NCBI GenBank assembly: GCA_036785375.1
Contig: JAWMAR010000231.1
Location: 2,666,001-2,730,000 of the forward strand
Direction: 5' to 3'
Source of the DNA: Leucoraja ocellata
Lineage: Eukaryota
Length of the DNA: 64,000 nucleotides
Shown: positions 51,201-58,450 of the stretch, in pieces
How the letters are laid out: every line of letters starts with the position of its first letter
Position numbering within the stretch: the first letter of the stretch is position 1
Program-made: the position numbers and the translations under genes
Notes under the pieces: model-generated
Told to the model about the DNA's origin: nothing
Databases searched by the model: none
Seen by the model: the letters and a program-made list of their open reading frames with translations, nothing else

Positions 51201-54107
51201 CGTACTCCCCTTCTAACACGAGCGGGATGCATGGGAGTGAGCAGTCTTCAACCAGAAAAGCAAAATGGAGAGAAATGGTAAAATATTACAATTTTAAAAA
51301 GACAATGGAATAAAAAAGTCCAAAAGTAAAACTATGCTGGAAGTCGGAAATAACACAGGAAAAGTAGGACAGGCAAGAATCAACGGAGGGAAAATCCGTG
51401 AATGTTCATCAGGTTTACTCTGTTTTCCCTTGCCTGCTGACCATATTCTGTTTTATAACTGGGTAAAAATTGCATCAGGCCTTGTTGCCAGGTATGGATA
51501 ATCATTCATAAATTGTGTTCATCATTTTGTGGCACCGGAGTTCTCAGAAGTGCTGACTAGCCCTTCAAACTTGTTTAGATTGAGAAGAATAATCAATGGG
51601 GATGCAATTTACTGTCACAGGGAGCAAGTCATTTAAATCAATCAAATTAATATGAGCCATTCTCAATCCATTCAAACGTTTGAAAGAAATTAGAAAAACA
51701 TGTTTGTTGGAAAGAGTGCAGAAAATATGTACAGGGATGTTTCCAGGAATGTGGGCATAAGCTAAAGGAAGGTTGGGCGGGCTAAGACTTTAGTCTTTGG
51801 AATACAGGAGGCTGAGAGATGATAGTATAGAGGTGTATAAAATCATGAGGGGAATTGATAGTATCAATGCACAGCGTTTCAGACAGAGCAGGAGAACCAA
51901 GGTTTAAGACATAGGAGTCAAGAGCAGATTCCCTGGTGTAAATGTTGGACAATCTCAGTGAAGGACTCCAGCTACACTGGTGGTAGATCACTGACAGGAG
52001 ATCACCAGCAGAGTTCAGCCAACAACTTATAGGTTGGTGCATTCATGAAGGATTCCCCAACTGGGCAGAGGTTAAGAAAGTAAATGCTGTCAGTTTCATG
52101 TGAAATACTATAAGATCCTAGCTTTCATTGATGTGTGACATGGGAAGAGAGAACGTTATTGGTATATAAACACCTGTTCACCTGGTTTGGGCCAGGGGCA
52201 TGGACTTTGAAAAGGGGAAATGAAATGAAGTGGGACAAGCGTGCTTGCTAATCAGTTGCTCGTGCCTTCTGTTTCATTCAGGTCTTTGTGGATAGTTCTG
52301 AACAACCTGACAGGCAGGTAGAACTGACAGGCATGCATAACTCACTATATGAGTTCACTTGGGCAATTACACGAGACATAGAAACATTGAAAATTATGAA
52401 CAGTTTTGATAAACAAGCAAGGAGGGTTGAGGTTTGGGAGTTGCCATGAGCAGGAGAATGTTTTTTGTTATGGAAACTGAGGGGTTGGATATTTACTTCA
52501 AAAGGAAAGGCAAAAATCAGTATCTTAAGGAAATAGCAGAGCTATGGGAGTAAATATATTGATCATTCAAAAACCCGAGAGGCATAATGGGCTAAAAGAA
52601 GTTTCTTCTGCCATTTTGAACATATCATTCATCATAATACTTCTACCTTTTGTTGTGCTCAGAGTCCATATTAGAACTTTTCTCAGGTGGTATTGTCCTC
52701 TTCTCCCTGGGAACCTAAAGTTTAAAAGATGTTTCAATATTTTGTGAACAGCATTTTTAGAATAAATCATCCACAGGTGTTTTCTACGAATAGTTTCTGT
52801 ACAGTCAGCGAATAAACTCAGTCCTAGCTTGCACTTGCAGTTAAATTACGAGTGCATTTGAAAATTCCTTTAACCATTTCTAAGGTTACAGTTAAAATTA
52901 TTGCCCGGCAGTAGAGAATATTTAAAGGAAGTACAATTATATTATTTAAACAGAATTCTGATCTAATTCAACACTGCTGTCTTCATTTACATTCTGTGTC
53001 ATCTTCACCGAATATGTGATTCTGTTACATTCTGTTTGTAGTTTGTTTGGTTGTTTGTTTGTTTGTCTTTTTGCACAAAGTCCGCGAGCATTGCCACTTT
53101 TCATTTCACTGCTTTTCATTTCACTGCACATCTCGTATGTGTATGTGACAAATAAACTTGACTTGACTTGATGTACTCAGTTTAGTGTGGCTAAATTCCA
53201 ATGCACACTCCCAATTGAACAGTTCTTTAAACTGTCTGAATGGGAGCACAGTCACAAAGAGGAACTACAATATTAAGTTAATTGACAAAACTATGGAAAA
53301 TGGATTGGACCCAAACGAACAGAACTAAATACCAACTCAGTGGCAATCCAAAATTGGGTTCCTATGTATGGATGATTTAGTATCATGGGCAGGTATGTGG
53401 GTCCATTGCCTTCTGCACCCTATCGTAACCAAGGAAATCTGGAAAGGCATGCAGTGGTCATTTTCAGATTCAACTTGAGCTGCGGCACAACAAAGGACAC
53501 AACGAGGCCTTGTCAGCAATCTTGGAGCTAAACTAAGCAAAAAATATATATTTTTCAGACTATTTCTTCTGCTGTTGTTAGTTTTCAAAAACTAATTGAT
53601 AAATATCAAAGGCAGCGCACTCATTCAGAGGTCATTTGCAGTGGACAATGTAGATCAGATTAGATTTGTTTATTGTCATTCAGACCTTTCGGGCTGAACG
53701 AAATTTTGTTTCATCTGCAGTCATACATATAATAAAAAATGACAAAAACACACAATCAACACAAATTTAACATCCATATGAGTAACAAGTGTAATCGGCA
53801 AAGCCAGATCAAACTACAAACTGTCGCAGCCTTGGTGGATGATTTGAACATCACTCGACATTCAAACAGGTTGTTCCTTTCATTCAATATGGAGTATATT
53901 GGACCACCAAATGTGCATACCTTGTAATAATCGTAGAGTAAGCCCAGAGCGGCAGCACTATCATCATCTCCATTGATGCTCATCATGGCCTTAGTGGCAG
54001 CAGTCAAGGGGTTTTCCAGAAAGGATTTCCATGCTTCATCTTCACTGGTATAGGAACGCCGTTGGGGATAAAGTGGCTCATTCTGTAGCACTAAGACCGC
54101 TCTCTTA
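1727..54107 (-). CDS. GRHL1: Grainyhead-like protein 1 (CP2/Grainyhead transcription factor), partial multi-exon gene, exons 2-12: join(54107-53921,52714-52647,49987-49606,41185-41106,40566-40413,37578-37467,33197-33103,8109-7951,2812-2725,2556-2429,1764-1727)
   Basis: Eleven GT-AG-bounded exons splice into one open frame (1491 nt). Peptides match recalled vertebrate GRHL1, e.g. [88 protein letters not shown] and [18 protein letters not shown]. The N-terminal and RCIDI/NAISF residues favour GRHL1 over GRHL2/3. Confidence 0.96.
2092..2200 (-). mobile_element. Penelope-like terminal fragment with degenerate hammerhead motif
   Basis: Minus strand reads cagtCTGAAGAAGGGTCCCAACCGGGAAATGA...gatgctgcctgacc. 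Confidence 0.65.
2429..2556 (-). CDS. GRHL1: GRHL1 exon 11 (128 nt), [43 protein letters not shown]
   Basis: Acceptor atttcag|TC CAC; donor CAT|gtatgt; TQPVLFIPD motif. Confidence 0.93.
2725..2812 (-). CDS. GRHL1: GRHL1 exon 10 (88 nt), [29 protein letters not shown]
   Basis: Within ORF 2717..2911; acceptor gaacag|GGT GCA; donor GCA T|gtgagt; phase 0 to 1. Confidence 0.93.
3195..6025 (+). mobile_element. Young 5'-truncated CR1-clade LINE ORF2 (AP endonuclease C-half + reverse transcriptase), disrupted
   Basis: ORFs 3209..4966, 4839..5381 and 5375..5932 carry [29 protein letters not shown] and FADD motifs; frameshift at G7 run 4951-4957; insertion 5301-5457; (TTCTATGT)n tail. Confidence 0.95.
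5301..5457 (+). mobile_element. Short non-autonomous retroposon or LINE 3' end inserted into CR1 ORF2
   Basis: Interrupts GTGAGACCA/CACCTGGAG with acca duplicated (5297-5300, 5458-5461); ends ACAATAAATTGAA plus TCATTT-like tail. Confidence 0.8.
6170..6357. mobile_element. Fold-back Penelope-like terminal element with hammerhead-like motif in the loop
   Basis: Arms ~6200-6256 and ~6300-6357 are inverted repeats; loop contains CTGAAGAAGGGTCTCGACCTAAAAC. Confidence 0.8.
6385..7720 (-). mobile_element. Old degenerate CR1 LINE fragment
   Basis: Residual peptides VNFWNSLPE and [11 protein letters not shown]; patchy similarity to the young CR1 copies. Confidence 0.7.
7951..8109 (-). CDS. GRHL1: GRHL1 exon 9 (159 nt), [53 protein letters not shown]
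   Basis: Acceptor catttcag|ATT TTC; donor AAG|gtacgt; conserved DNA-binding-domain motif. Confidence 0.97.
8333..8660 (-). mobile_element. Retroposon 3' end with (GATATT)n tail (Rex/Babar-associated type)
   Basis: Minus strand ends GATGACAATAAAGG followed by TTGATA repeats. Confidence 0.55.
8690..9300 (-). mobile_element. RTE-clade LINE fragment
   Basis: Minus strand ~9160-9300 translates roughly to [35 protein letters not shown], like the RTE RT C-terminus (KLMVYRAAVIPALLYASETWT). Confidence 0.7.
9890..10455. mobile_element. PIF/Harbinger-like MITE (566 bp)
   Basis: ~37-bp TIRs AGGGACTGTCCCACTTGGGTGACCTAAT / ATTAGGTCGCCCAAGTGGGACAGGCCCT; TAA TSD (9887-9889, 10456-10458); internal GACCTCCTTCGACTA repeats. 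Confidence 0.85.
11120..11290. mobile_element. Degenerate fold-back Penelope-like terminal element
   Basis: CAGCAGGTCGGGCAGCATCTGT ... ACAGATGCTGCCCGACATGCTG inverted arms. Confidence 0.6.
11449..11537 (+). mobile_element. Very short CR1 3' end inserted in opposite orientation into the 3' end of another CR1
   Basis: TTGGATGATCAGCCATGATCATATTGAATGGCGGTGCAGG...TTCTATGTTTCTA interrupts catatccc/tgactccgc. Confidence 0.85.
12091..12312 (+). mobile_element. Penelope-like terminal fragment with intact minimal hammerhead core, inserted in CR1
   Basis: 16-bp direct repeat TGCTTACTTTCAGTAA at 12075-12090 and 12313-12328; CTGAAGAAGGGCTTCGGCCCGAAACGTT at 12220-12247. Confidence 0.85.
12214..12255 (+). 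ncRNA. Candidate minimal type I hammerhead ribozyme motif (PLE-associated)
   Basis: CUGAAGA-A, stem II GGGC(UUCG)GCCC, GAAA, palindromic ACGU stem III, GUU cleavage triplet; stem I is short. Confidence 0.6.
13700..14076. mobile_element. PIF/Harbinger-like MITE (377 bp, GC-rich) inserted in CR1
   Basis: TIRs AGGGCCTGTCCCA / TGGGACAGGCCCT; TTA/TCA TSD; host CR1 resumes colinearly. Confidence 0.85.
15226..16265. mobile_element. Non-autonomous DNA transposon, ~1040 bp, superfamily unresolved
   Basis: Imperfect TIRs TAAGTATGTTGCAAA / TTTGCAACATTGCTA; flanked by direct repeat CCTTTGG (15219-15225, 16266-16272); no long ORF. Confidence 0.75.
16472..16487 (-). promoter_or_regulatory. Candidate CTCF motif
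   Basis: Minus strand ACACTAGAGGGCACTG, one mismatch to the CCASYAGRKGGCRS core. Confidence 0.35.
16739..16901 (+). repeat. Degenerate minisatellite, 4-5 units of ~28-35 bp
   Basis: Units begin (GG)TGAGTTTA at 16739, 16774, 16807 and 16868 and end in CCC. Confidence 0.7.
18375..18470 (+). mobile_element. Penelope-like terminal fragment with hammerhead-like motif
   Basis: CTGAAGAAGGGTTTCGACCCAAAATGTC...GCTGAGTTACTCCAGCACTTTGTGT. Confidence 0.7.
18495..18528 (+). promoter_or_regulatory. Candidate strong CTCF site (core plus upstream motif)
   Basis: TGCAGGCAT-N6-TGGCCAGCAGGGGGCAGT matches the CTCF core and upstream-module spacing. Confidence 0.5.
18557..18735. mobile_element. Fold-back Penelope-like terminal element with hammerhead-like motif
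   Basis: Inverted copy of the terminus followed by CTGAAGTAGGGTCTCGACCCGAAACGTC (18638-18665). Confidence 0.75.
19575..20185 (+). mobile_element. HE1-like SINE 3' half interrupted by a minus-strand CR1 3' fragment (~19661-20068)
   Basis: CTCCCACATCCCAAAGATGTGCGGGTTTGTAGG...; CR1 tail; resumes GGTCGGCGTGGAGTCAGTGAGCCAAAGGGCCTGTTTCC...(AAACT)n. Confidence 0.75.
20474..20690 (-). mobile_element. Retroposon 3' end with (ACTTG)n tail, same family as 53050-53171
   Basis: Near-identical reverse complement of AGTCCGCGAGCATTGCCACTTT...GTGACAAATAAACTTGACTTGAC. Confidence 0.7.
25403..25570. mobile_element. Fold-back Penelope-like terminal element (interrupted by the following insertion)
   Basis: GGAAGGAACT..AGATGCTGG..GACACAAAATGCTGGAGT... 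with CCCATTCCTTCTCCCCAGAGATGCTG; resumes as GAGTTATCTCCA at ~26446. Confidence 0.65.
25575..26441 (+). mobile_element. ~870-bp GC/CpG-rich non-coding retroposon with (TGTAT)n tail
   Basis: Abrupt CpG-rich block; 3' module TTTTGCCTTCCATCACAGCGAGGAGG shared with 40117-40141; ends ATGACAACAAATAA(TTGTA)n. Confidence 0.7.
27268..27362 (-). mobile_element. Penelope-like terminal fragment, truncated within the hammerhead motif
   Basis: Same subfamily as 12214-12312 and 43741-43840. Confidence 0.75.
27685..28831 (-). mobile_element. 5'-truncated CR1 LINE (RT C-terminal part) with a 141-bp templated insertion at 28311-28451
   Basis: ORFs 28442..28831 (FADD), 28033..28275 and 27773..28045; (TTCTATGT)n tail. 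Confidence 0.93.
29005..29341. mobile_element. Two abutting CR1 3' fragments (+ 29005-29070, - 29071-29341)
   Basis: ORF 29122..29343 matches the CR1 ORF2 C-terminus. Confidence 0.8.
30275..30420. mobile_element. Fold-back Penelope-like terminal element
   Basis: GACACACAAAATGCTGGAGTAA ... TTACTCCAGCATTTTGTGTCTATCTTC inverted arms. Confidence 0.7.
30470..30870 (-). mobile_element. CR1 3' fragment
   Basis: ORF 30595..30879 ([12 protein letters not shown]); ATAGAAAC tail. Confidence 0.85.
31190..31335 (+). mobile_element. HE1-like SINE 3' fragment
   Basis: GCAGGTTAATTGGCTTCTGTAAATTGCCCCTAATG...GGTCAATGTGGACTGTTTCC. Confidence 0.6.
31396..31988 (+). mobile_element. 5'-truncated CR1 3' fragment (inverted relative to 27685-28310)
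   Basis: ORF 31660..31899; TTCTATGTTTCTA tail. Confidence 0.92.
32718..33037 (-). mobile_element. HE1-like tRNA-derived SINE, near full length
   Basis: Minus strand: A-box GTGG..CAGTGGTAGAG, B-box GGGTTCAATCCC, V-SINE-like core, HER1-like tail GGGCCTGTTTCCACG..(AAACT)n. Confidence 0.85.
33103..33197 (-). CDS. GRHL1: GRHL1 exon 8 (95 nt), [32 protein letters not shown]
   Basis: Acceptor ttccgcag|CT GAT TAC; donor AAG|gtagga; phase 1 to 0. Confidence 0.97.
35590..35845 (-). mobile_element. HER1/CR1-like LINE 3' fragment
   Basis: Similar to 55780-56070. Confidence 0.6.
36338..36670 (+). mobile_element. HE1-like SINE
   Basis: GCGGCACGGTGGTGCAGC...GGGCCGAAGGGCCTGTTACCACGCTGCATCTCTAAACTAAAC. 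Confidence 0.85.
37467..37578 (-). CDS. GRHL1: GRHL1 exon 7 (112 nt), [37 protein letters not shown]
   Basis: Within ORF 37387..37608; acceptor ttttcag|AGC; donor ATC G|gtataa. Confidence 0.97.
37815..38467 (-). mobile_element. 5'-truncated CR1 3' fragment
   Basis: ORF 37917..38429 ([13 protein letters not shown]...); ATAGAAAC tail. Confidence 0.92.
38500..38850 (-). mobile_element. Penelope-like element ORF N-terminal fragment, degenerate
   Basis: Frames give HFFCRL.., [20 protein letters not shown] and [14 protein letters not shown], like the PLE region upstream of the PADKG motif. Confidence 0.7.
39281..39515 (+). mobile_element. HE1-like SINE, 3'-truncated
   Basis: GGTGGCACAGCGGTAGAGTTGCTGCCTTACAGC...GGTTCAATCCC... 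Confidence 0.85.
39658..39710 (+). repeat. 27-bp tandem duplication containing TGAGTCA (AP-1 consensus) in each unit
   Basis: TGCACCTTGGAATAGYATGAGTCAAT x2. Confidence 0.8.
39980..40160 (-). mobile_element. Retroposon 3' end with (ATCCA)n tail; related copy at ~53652-53780
   Basis: GGATT repeats followed by CTTTATTGTCAT...CTGAACGAAATTTTGTT shared with 53670-53710. Confidence 0.6.
40413..40566 (-). CDS. GRHL1: GRHL1 exon 6 (154 nt), start of DNA-binding domain, [52 protein letters not shown]
   Basis: Acceptor ttataaag|T ACA; donor AGA|gtaagt; [10 protein letters not shown] Grainyhead motif. Confidence 0.96.
41106..41185 (-). CDS. GRHL1: GRHL1 exon 5 (80 nt), [26 protein letters not shown]
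   Basis: Acceptor ttcatcag|CAT GTG; donor ACG AG|gtaaat; resembles recalled human VFFPSDLSLRMPGMNSEDYVFD; phase 0 to 2. Confidence 0.88.
42110..42205 (-). mobile_element. Short CR1 3' end
   Basis: CATAGAAACATAGAAATTAG...GATCATCCAACTCAGTATC. Confidence 0.8.
42238..42494. repeat. (CT)n/C-rich tract, CpG-rich spacer and poly-G tract
   Basis: Pyrimidine run 42238-42335; G run 42460-42494. Confidence 0.8.
42672..42852. mobile_element. Fold-back Penelope-like terminal element with hammerhead-like motif at the apex
   Basis: Arms 42672-42722 and 42737-42787 inverted; minus strand CTGAAGAAGGGTCTCGACCTGAAATGTT. Confidence 0.8.
43130..43301. mobile_element. Fold-back Penelope-like terminal element, different subfamily
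   Basis: AAGCAAGCTGCTGGAGGAACTC... / ...GAGTTCCTCCAGCAGCTTGCTT. Confidence 0.7.
43744..43840 (-). mobile_element. Second PLE terminal fragment nested in a PLE
   Basis: 12-bp direct repeat GTAAAGGGGAGG at 43732-43743 and 43841-43852. Confidence 0.8.
43800..43840 (-). ncRNA. Candidate minimal type I hammerhead ribozyme motif, sense to GRHL1 pre-mRNA
   Basis: CUGAAGA-A-GGGU(UUCG)GCCC-GAAAC-GUC: intact core, canonical GUC triplet; stem I short. Confidence 0.6.
44290..44868 (+). mobile_element. 5'-truncated CR1 3' fragment
   Basis: ORF 44291..44734; CTATTGTCTATTG tail. Confidence 0.9.
45640..45925 (+). mobile_element. CR1 3' fragment, other subfamily
   Basis: GAGGGTAGTGAATCTGTGGAATTC...GGGAGAAGGCAGGAGAATGGGG...GGCCGAATGGCC. 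Confidence 0.75.
46916..47036. repeat. C/T-rich low-complexity tract (G-quadruplex potential on the minus strand)
   Basis: Runs of CCCCCT. Confidence 0.8.
49606..49987 (-). CDS. GRHL1: GRHL1 exon 4 (382 nt), [11 protein letters not shown]...[22 protein letters not shown]...[19 protein letters not shown]
   Basis: Within ORF 49564..50043; acceptor ttcaag|G AAC TCC; donor GAG|gtaatc; phase 2 to 0. Confidence 0.95.
50701..51000 (-). mobile_element. HE1-like SINE
   Basis: Reverse complement of the SINE head (GCACGGTGGCACAGCAGTAGA, GGGTTCAATCC), core and tail. Confidence 0.8.
52647..52714 (-). CDS. GRHL1: GRHL1 exon 3 (68 nt), [22 protein letters not shown]
   Basis: Acceptor ctttag|GTT CCC AGG; donor AAA AG|gtagaa; phase 0 to 2; resembles recalled human VPRERRSS...DHSKR. 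Confidence 0.9.
53050..53171 (+). mobile_element. Retroposon 3' end with (ACTTG)n tail
   Basis: Matches 20474-20560 in reverse; AATAAA before the tail. Confidence 0.7.
53921..54107 (-). CDS. GRHL1: GRHL1 exon 2 (187 nt), [62 protein letters not shown]
   Basis: Acceptor tttgcag|T AAG AGA; donor AAG|gtatgc; lies mostly within ORF 53756..54091. Confidence 0.97.
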
Positions 54108-54849
54108 CTGCAAAGGAGGCGAAGAAAAGTTGTGAGAGGCTATTTACCCTTTAAGAAAATAAAATCCCCATAAGAGTAAACAATTGAGTTTCGTGCCCCA
54201 AATAAATAAGTATTCAAGCAACGTTAAAAAAAAAAGCAAAACCTGTAGTTCCAGTGTTGTTTCAAAATGGGTAATTTGCACAAACAGGTTTAGCAACAAT
54301 AGTTTGTGACATAATTTCTGCACCATTGTGATTTTTAAAGTTTTGTCTTTACGTATACTGGCTTGCTCCCCAATCAGTCACACAAATGATTCAACCAGTA
54401 TATCAGATTTTAACATCGAAATAAAACTGCATGCAGCTTTGGACCTCCACATAGCAACAATTTTTTAGAAGCTGAAATAAAAATAGGAAATGTTGAGAAT
54501 ACTCAGCAGGTCAGATAGCATCTCTGTTGAGAACAAGAGTGAACATTTCGGATTAAAGACCTTTTATCATAAAGTCAAAAATCAAAAATGTTTTCACTTG
54601 CAGGAGCAGGAATGAATGCCTGTGATAGGGGTGGAGACCAAGATAAACTGAATGACATAGGTGGTGGTGGCGCTGGCAGAAAGAGAGAGTGAGGCTTTTA
54701 AAATCAGAGATGATTTGTTTGAAGGAGATATAAAAATAAAAAATGGAGAGAGCAAAAAAAGGTGGAAGAGAGAGAATTAATAAGTTTTGTTTAGAGATAT
54801 AGTGTGGAAACAGTCCATGCCGACCATCGAGAGAAAAGAGAAATAAACA

Positions 54850-55365
54850 TTAGAAACATAGAAAATAGGTGCAGGAGGAGGCCATTCAGCCCTTCGGGCC
54901 AGCACCGCCATTCATTGTGATCATGGCTGATCGTCCACCATCAATAACCCGTGCCTGCCTTCTCCCCATATCCTTTGACTCCACTAGCCCCCAGAGCGCT
55001 ATCTAACTCTCTCTTAAATCCATCCAGTGATTTGGCCTCCACTTCCCTCTGTGGCAGGGAATTCCACAAACTCACAACTCTCTAGGTGAAAACGTTTTTT
55101 CTCATCTCAGTCTTAAATTACCTCCCCTTTATTCTAAGACTTTGGCCCCTGGTTCTGGACTCGCACAACATTGGGAAATTTTTTCCTGCATCTAGCTTGT
55201 CCAGTCCTTTTATAATTTTATATGTTTCTATAAGATCCCCCCTCCAGTGAATACAAGCCCAGTCTTTTCAATCTTTCCTCATATGACAGTCCCGCCATCC
55301 CAGGGATCAATCTCATGAACCTACGCTGCACTGCTTCAATCACAAGGATGTCCTTCCTCAAATTG
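54850..55365 (-). mobile_element. CR1 3' fragment
   Basis: TAGAAACATAGAAAATAGGTGCAGG... colinear with other CR1 3' ends. Confidence 0.88.
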
Positions 55366-56081
55366 GGTGCTTGAACATGAAATACAAAACACTGCAAATG
55401 CTAGCAACATGAAATAAAATGGAAAGCTGGAGATGCTCAAAATATCAGTGCATGCAAAGAGGGAAACTGAAGTAACATTATGCACAGTTTGATGAACCCT
55501 CATCAGAACTGATTATTTCTGATTCAAACTGGGTAAGCTGATTACCTGAAATTATTGGAATTCGGTGTACATACCAAAGACTGCAAAGTGCCAAGTTGGA
55601 AGATGAAATGCTTGTGCTCACACTTACATTAGGTTACATTAGAATAGTGCAAGAGGCCAAGACAGAGGCCAAGATGGGAGTGGGATGAGGAATTAAAGTG
55701 ACAAGCAACTGGAAGCTCAGCGTTGTCTGTGTGCGCTGAAGGGACAAGTTCTGCAAAGCGGTCACACAAGCCGTGTTTAGAGTCATAGAGTGATACAGTG
55801 TGGAAACAGGCCCTTCGGCCCAACTTGCGCACATTGGCCAACATGTCCCAGCTTTACCAGTCCCACCTGCCAGTCCATATCCCTCCAAACTTGCCCTACC
55901 ATATACCTGTCTAACTGTTTCTTAAATGTTAGGACAGTCCCAGCCTCAACTACATCCACCACCCTTTGTGTGAAAAAGTTACCCCTCAGATACCTATCAA
56001 ATCTTCTCCCCTTCGCCTTAAACCTATATCCTTTGGTCCTCGATTCACCTACTCTGGGCAAGAGACTCTGTGCATCTATCT

Positions 56082-56315
56082 CAGTGGTTCCCAATTTTTT
56101 TTGTCCCGTTTACCCCTAGCAACTGTAATAGCACATAACAATGTTATTTCACTTATTTATGAGCAACTAATGATGAACAGATACCGGTATACCTGAACCG
56201 AACACAATCAGTCAATGAGAAAAGATATGTACAAATCCAGAATCAATAAATTTACCCCTTGGGTCGGCAAAATTTACCCCCTGGGGGTCAATTTACCCCA
56301 GGTTGGGAACCCTTG
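56082..56315. mobile_element. hAT (Charlie-like) MITE, 234 bp
   Basis: TIRs CAGTGGTTCCCAA / TTGGGAACCCTTG; 8-bp TSD ATCTATCT (56074-56081) / ATCTACCT (56316-56323); internal TTTACCCC repeats. Confidence 0.85.
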
Positions 56316-56367
56316 ATCTACCTGATCTATTCCTCTCATGATCTTTCTGAATCAAACTGGGTAATTG

Positions 56368-56685
56368 TGCGGCACGGTGGCGCAGCGGTAGAGTTGCTGC
56401 TTTACAGCGAATCCAGTGCCAGAGACCCGGGTTCGATCCCGACTACAGGAGCTGTTTGTACGAAGTTGGTACGTACTCCCCGTGACCTGCGTGGGCTTTC
56501 TCCGACATCTTCGGTTTCCTCCCACACTCCAAAGACGTACAGGTTTGTAGGTTATTTGACTTGGTAAATGTAAAAAAATGGCCCTAGTGGGTGTAGGATA
56601 ATGTTAATATGCGGGGATCGCTGGTCAGCGCGGACCAGGTGGGCTGAAGGGCCTGTTTCTGCGCTGTATCTCTAAACTAAACTAA
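56368..56685 (+). mobile_element. HE1-like SINE, full length
   Basis: GCGGCACGGTGGCGCAGCGGTAGAG (A box), GGGTTCGATCCC (B box), core, and GGGCCTGTTTCTGCGCTGTATCTCTAAACTAAACTA tail. Confidence 0.9.
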
Positions 56686-57426
56686 TTTTATACACCTCTA
56701 TAAGATCACCCCTCCTCTTGGTTTCTCCAACATAAAGACTAGCCCAATGTGAGCACCAAATGCAGTATAGTTGATTGCAAGTAGTGCCAATAGTGTTTGG
56801 ATCCCTGGATATTGGAAGGGAAAGAGAGAAAAGGGGGTTGCATCTTCTCTGGTTGCCCAGGAAGATGTCATGAAACAGAGTAGGTCCCGGTTGGAAGAAC
56901 AAACAAGGGAGATGGTTGTTTTTTACATTTCTAAGTTCTCTCCATTCTGGTTGAAGATTATCAAACAGGAATATTGACTCTTTCATTCTACATGATATTC
57001 CTTATTACCCACAGCTTTTTCTGTTTTATTTCAGACTTCGTGCAGCTGCAGTATTTATTTCTACTGTGGTTGTTAATCCAAACCCAAATTCCAATGTGGG
57101 AAAAACCCTTGATCTTGGCATTTCTCCCATTCATCAAAAAACAAATATGGGCACTGACACCTGTTAATATAATCCTCTTAATTACTTGCTCATTCTAAAA
57201 TTATTCAAATCATCTCTATGAAGTGATTGTGCCAAGGAAATTCCTGATACATTTATCCACCAACAAACAACTTGAAAGACTTTGCAGCCCTGACATCGTA
57301 ACTATCGTTAGGTTGACCACTCCTTCAGCAAGTTCAGCCAATCCCCATCGAAATGCAAAGCCAATCCCTCCATGCCAATGTTTTGCAATTGTCAAATGGG
57401 GAAATCATCTATGGCATCCGAATGTT

Positions 57427-57550
57427 TAGGAAGTAACTGCAGATGCTGGTTTAAACCAAAGACAGACACAAAAAGCTGGAGTAACTCAGCAGGTCAGGCA
57501 GCATCTCTGGAGAAAAGGAATATGTGACGCTTCAGGTCGAGACTCTTCTG
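57427..57550 (-). mobile_element. Penelope-like terminal fragment
   Basis: AACTGCAGATGCTGGTTTAAACC..GACACAAAAAGCTGGAGTAACTCAGC..GTGACGCTTCAGGTCGAGAC. Confidence 0.7.
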
Positions 57551-58450
57551 TGAATTGTGCCTCTTACACAAAACCCACACAACAGGAAATGACGTTTTGT
57601 TTTCACGCCAAGTGCTTCACGCCACTGAGTTTGACCAGGCAATGAAATGGTGTAGCAGGTCCAATACTTATACACTTATAGCCCATGCATCAGCTGAAGA
57701 AATTTTAGAAAAGGCCACCTTCATCCTGAGGCCAATGCAACCTAAAGCTAAACCACTTTAAAATGCTATGAAGACAATCTGCCTCTACAAAACTACCAGA
57801 AAACAAAGAACAAGGAAACATTATTCATCAAAAATTTAAACACTGCAGGCATCGGTTATCTGATATAAAAACAGAGAAGGTTACGCAATATAAAATGCTG
57901 TGGAGAGAAGCAGAATTAATGCTCCATATCTATCATCTTCCGGCAGAACTGGTTACATATCTATTATTCATCCTTCTAGTGACATTTTATAAAATATATC
58001 TCATATTTGCATATATTTTCCTTTAACGAATGGTTGAGTACTTCTGGTAACAAAAACCCCAGATTAGAGACTGTACTCTCAGAGGATTTTGAGAACAAGC
58101 TCCAGAAATTTGATTAGGTAAGTCAGATTGCCATCTTCCAGCAGGTGCATGCAGGTGGTTTTTATTCATAAAGTAGTGACATTTGCCTGATGTTCAGCTG
58201 TTTATTTATCATATAAGACTACCTGGTCATCTAGTTTTTACAGTAACTACTCTGTCCATTTCCCTACCTGACAGAAAGTGGCCCCATTGCAGAAGCAAAT
58301 GTACTGTGTTTAAAGTATTCTGCTTCTTTCATAGTTCCTCAGCAACATGGTAATCAAAGCCCACATGCACCGAGACCTGAACAATATTCAGACTTATAAG
58401 AATCGATTATTCTGAACAAATTGTGGATTCCATCCATCTTGAGACACTTT

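Larger units (their letters stand above)
55540..56900 (-). mobile_element. Penelope-like GIY-YIG endonuclease remnant split by a HER1-like LINE (~55780-56715)
   Basis: TCNQLYCIWCSHWASLYVGETKR (ORF 56672..56986) continues as LCDRFAEL...ELPVACHFNSSSHSH (ORF 55629..55844); intervening LINE ORF 55783..56094 ends GGGCCTGTTTCCACACTGTATCACTCTATGACTCT. Confidence 0.78.

Noticed and set aside
52190-52340. Possible p63/p53 response elements (CATG/CAAG half-sites)
   Set aside because: Half-sites are not correctly spaced into a full RRRCWWGYYY dimer.
56368-56445. tRNA gene (A and B boxes), also at 39281, 36338, 33037 and 51000
   Set aside because: These are tRNA-derived SINE heads followed by core and LINE-like tail, with no proper cloverleaf.
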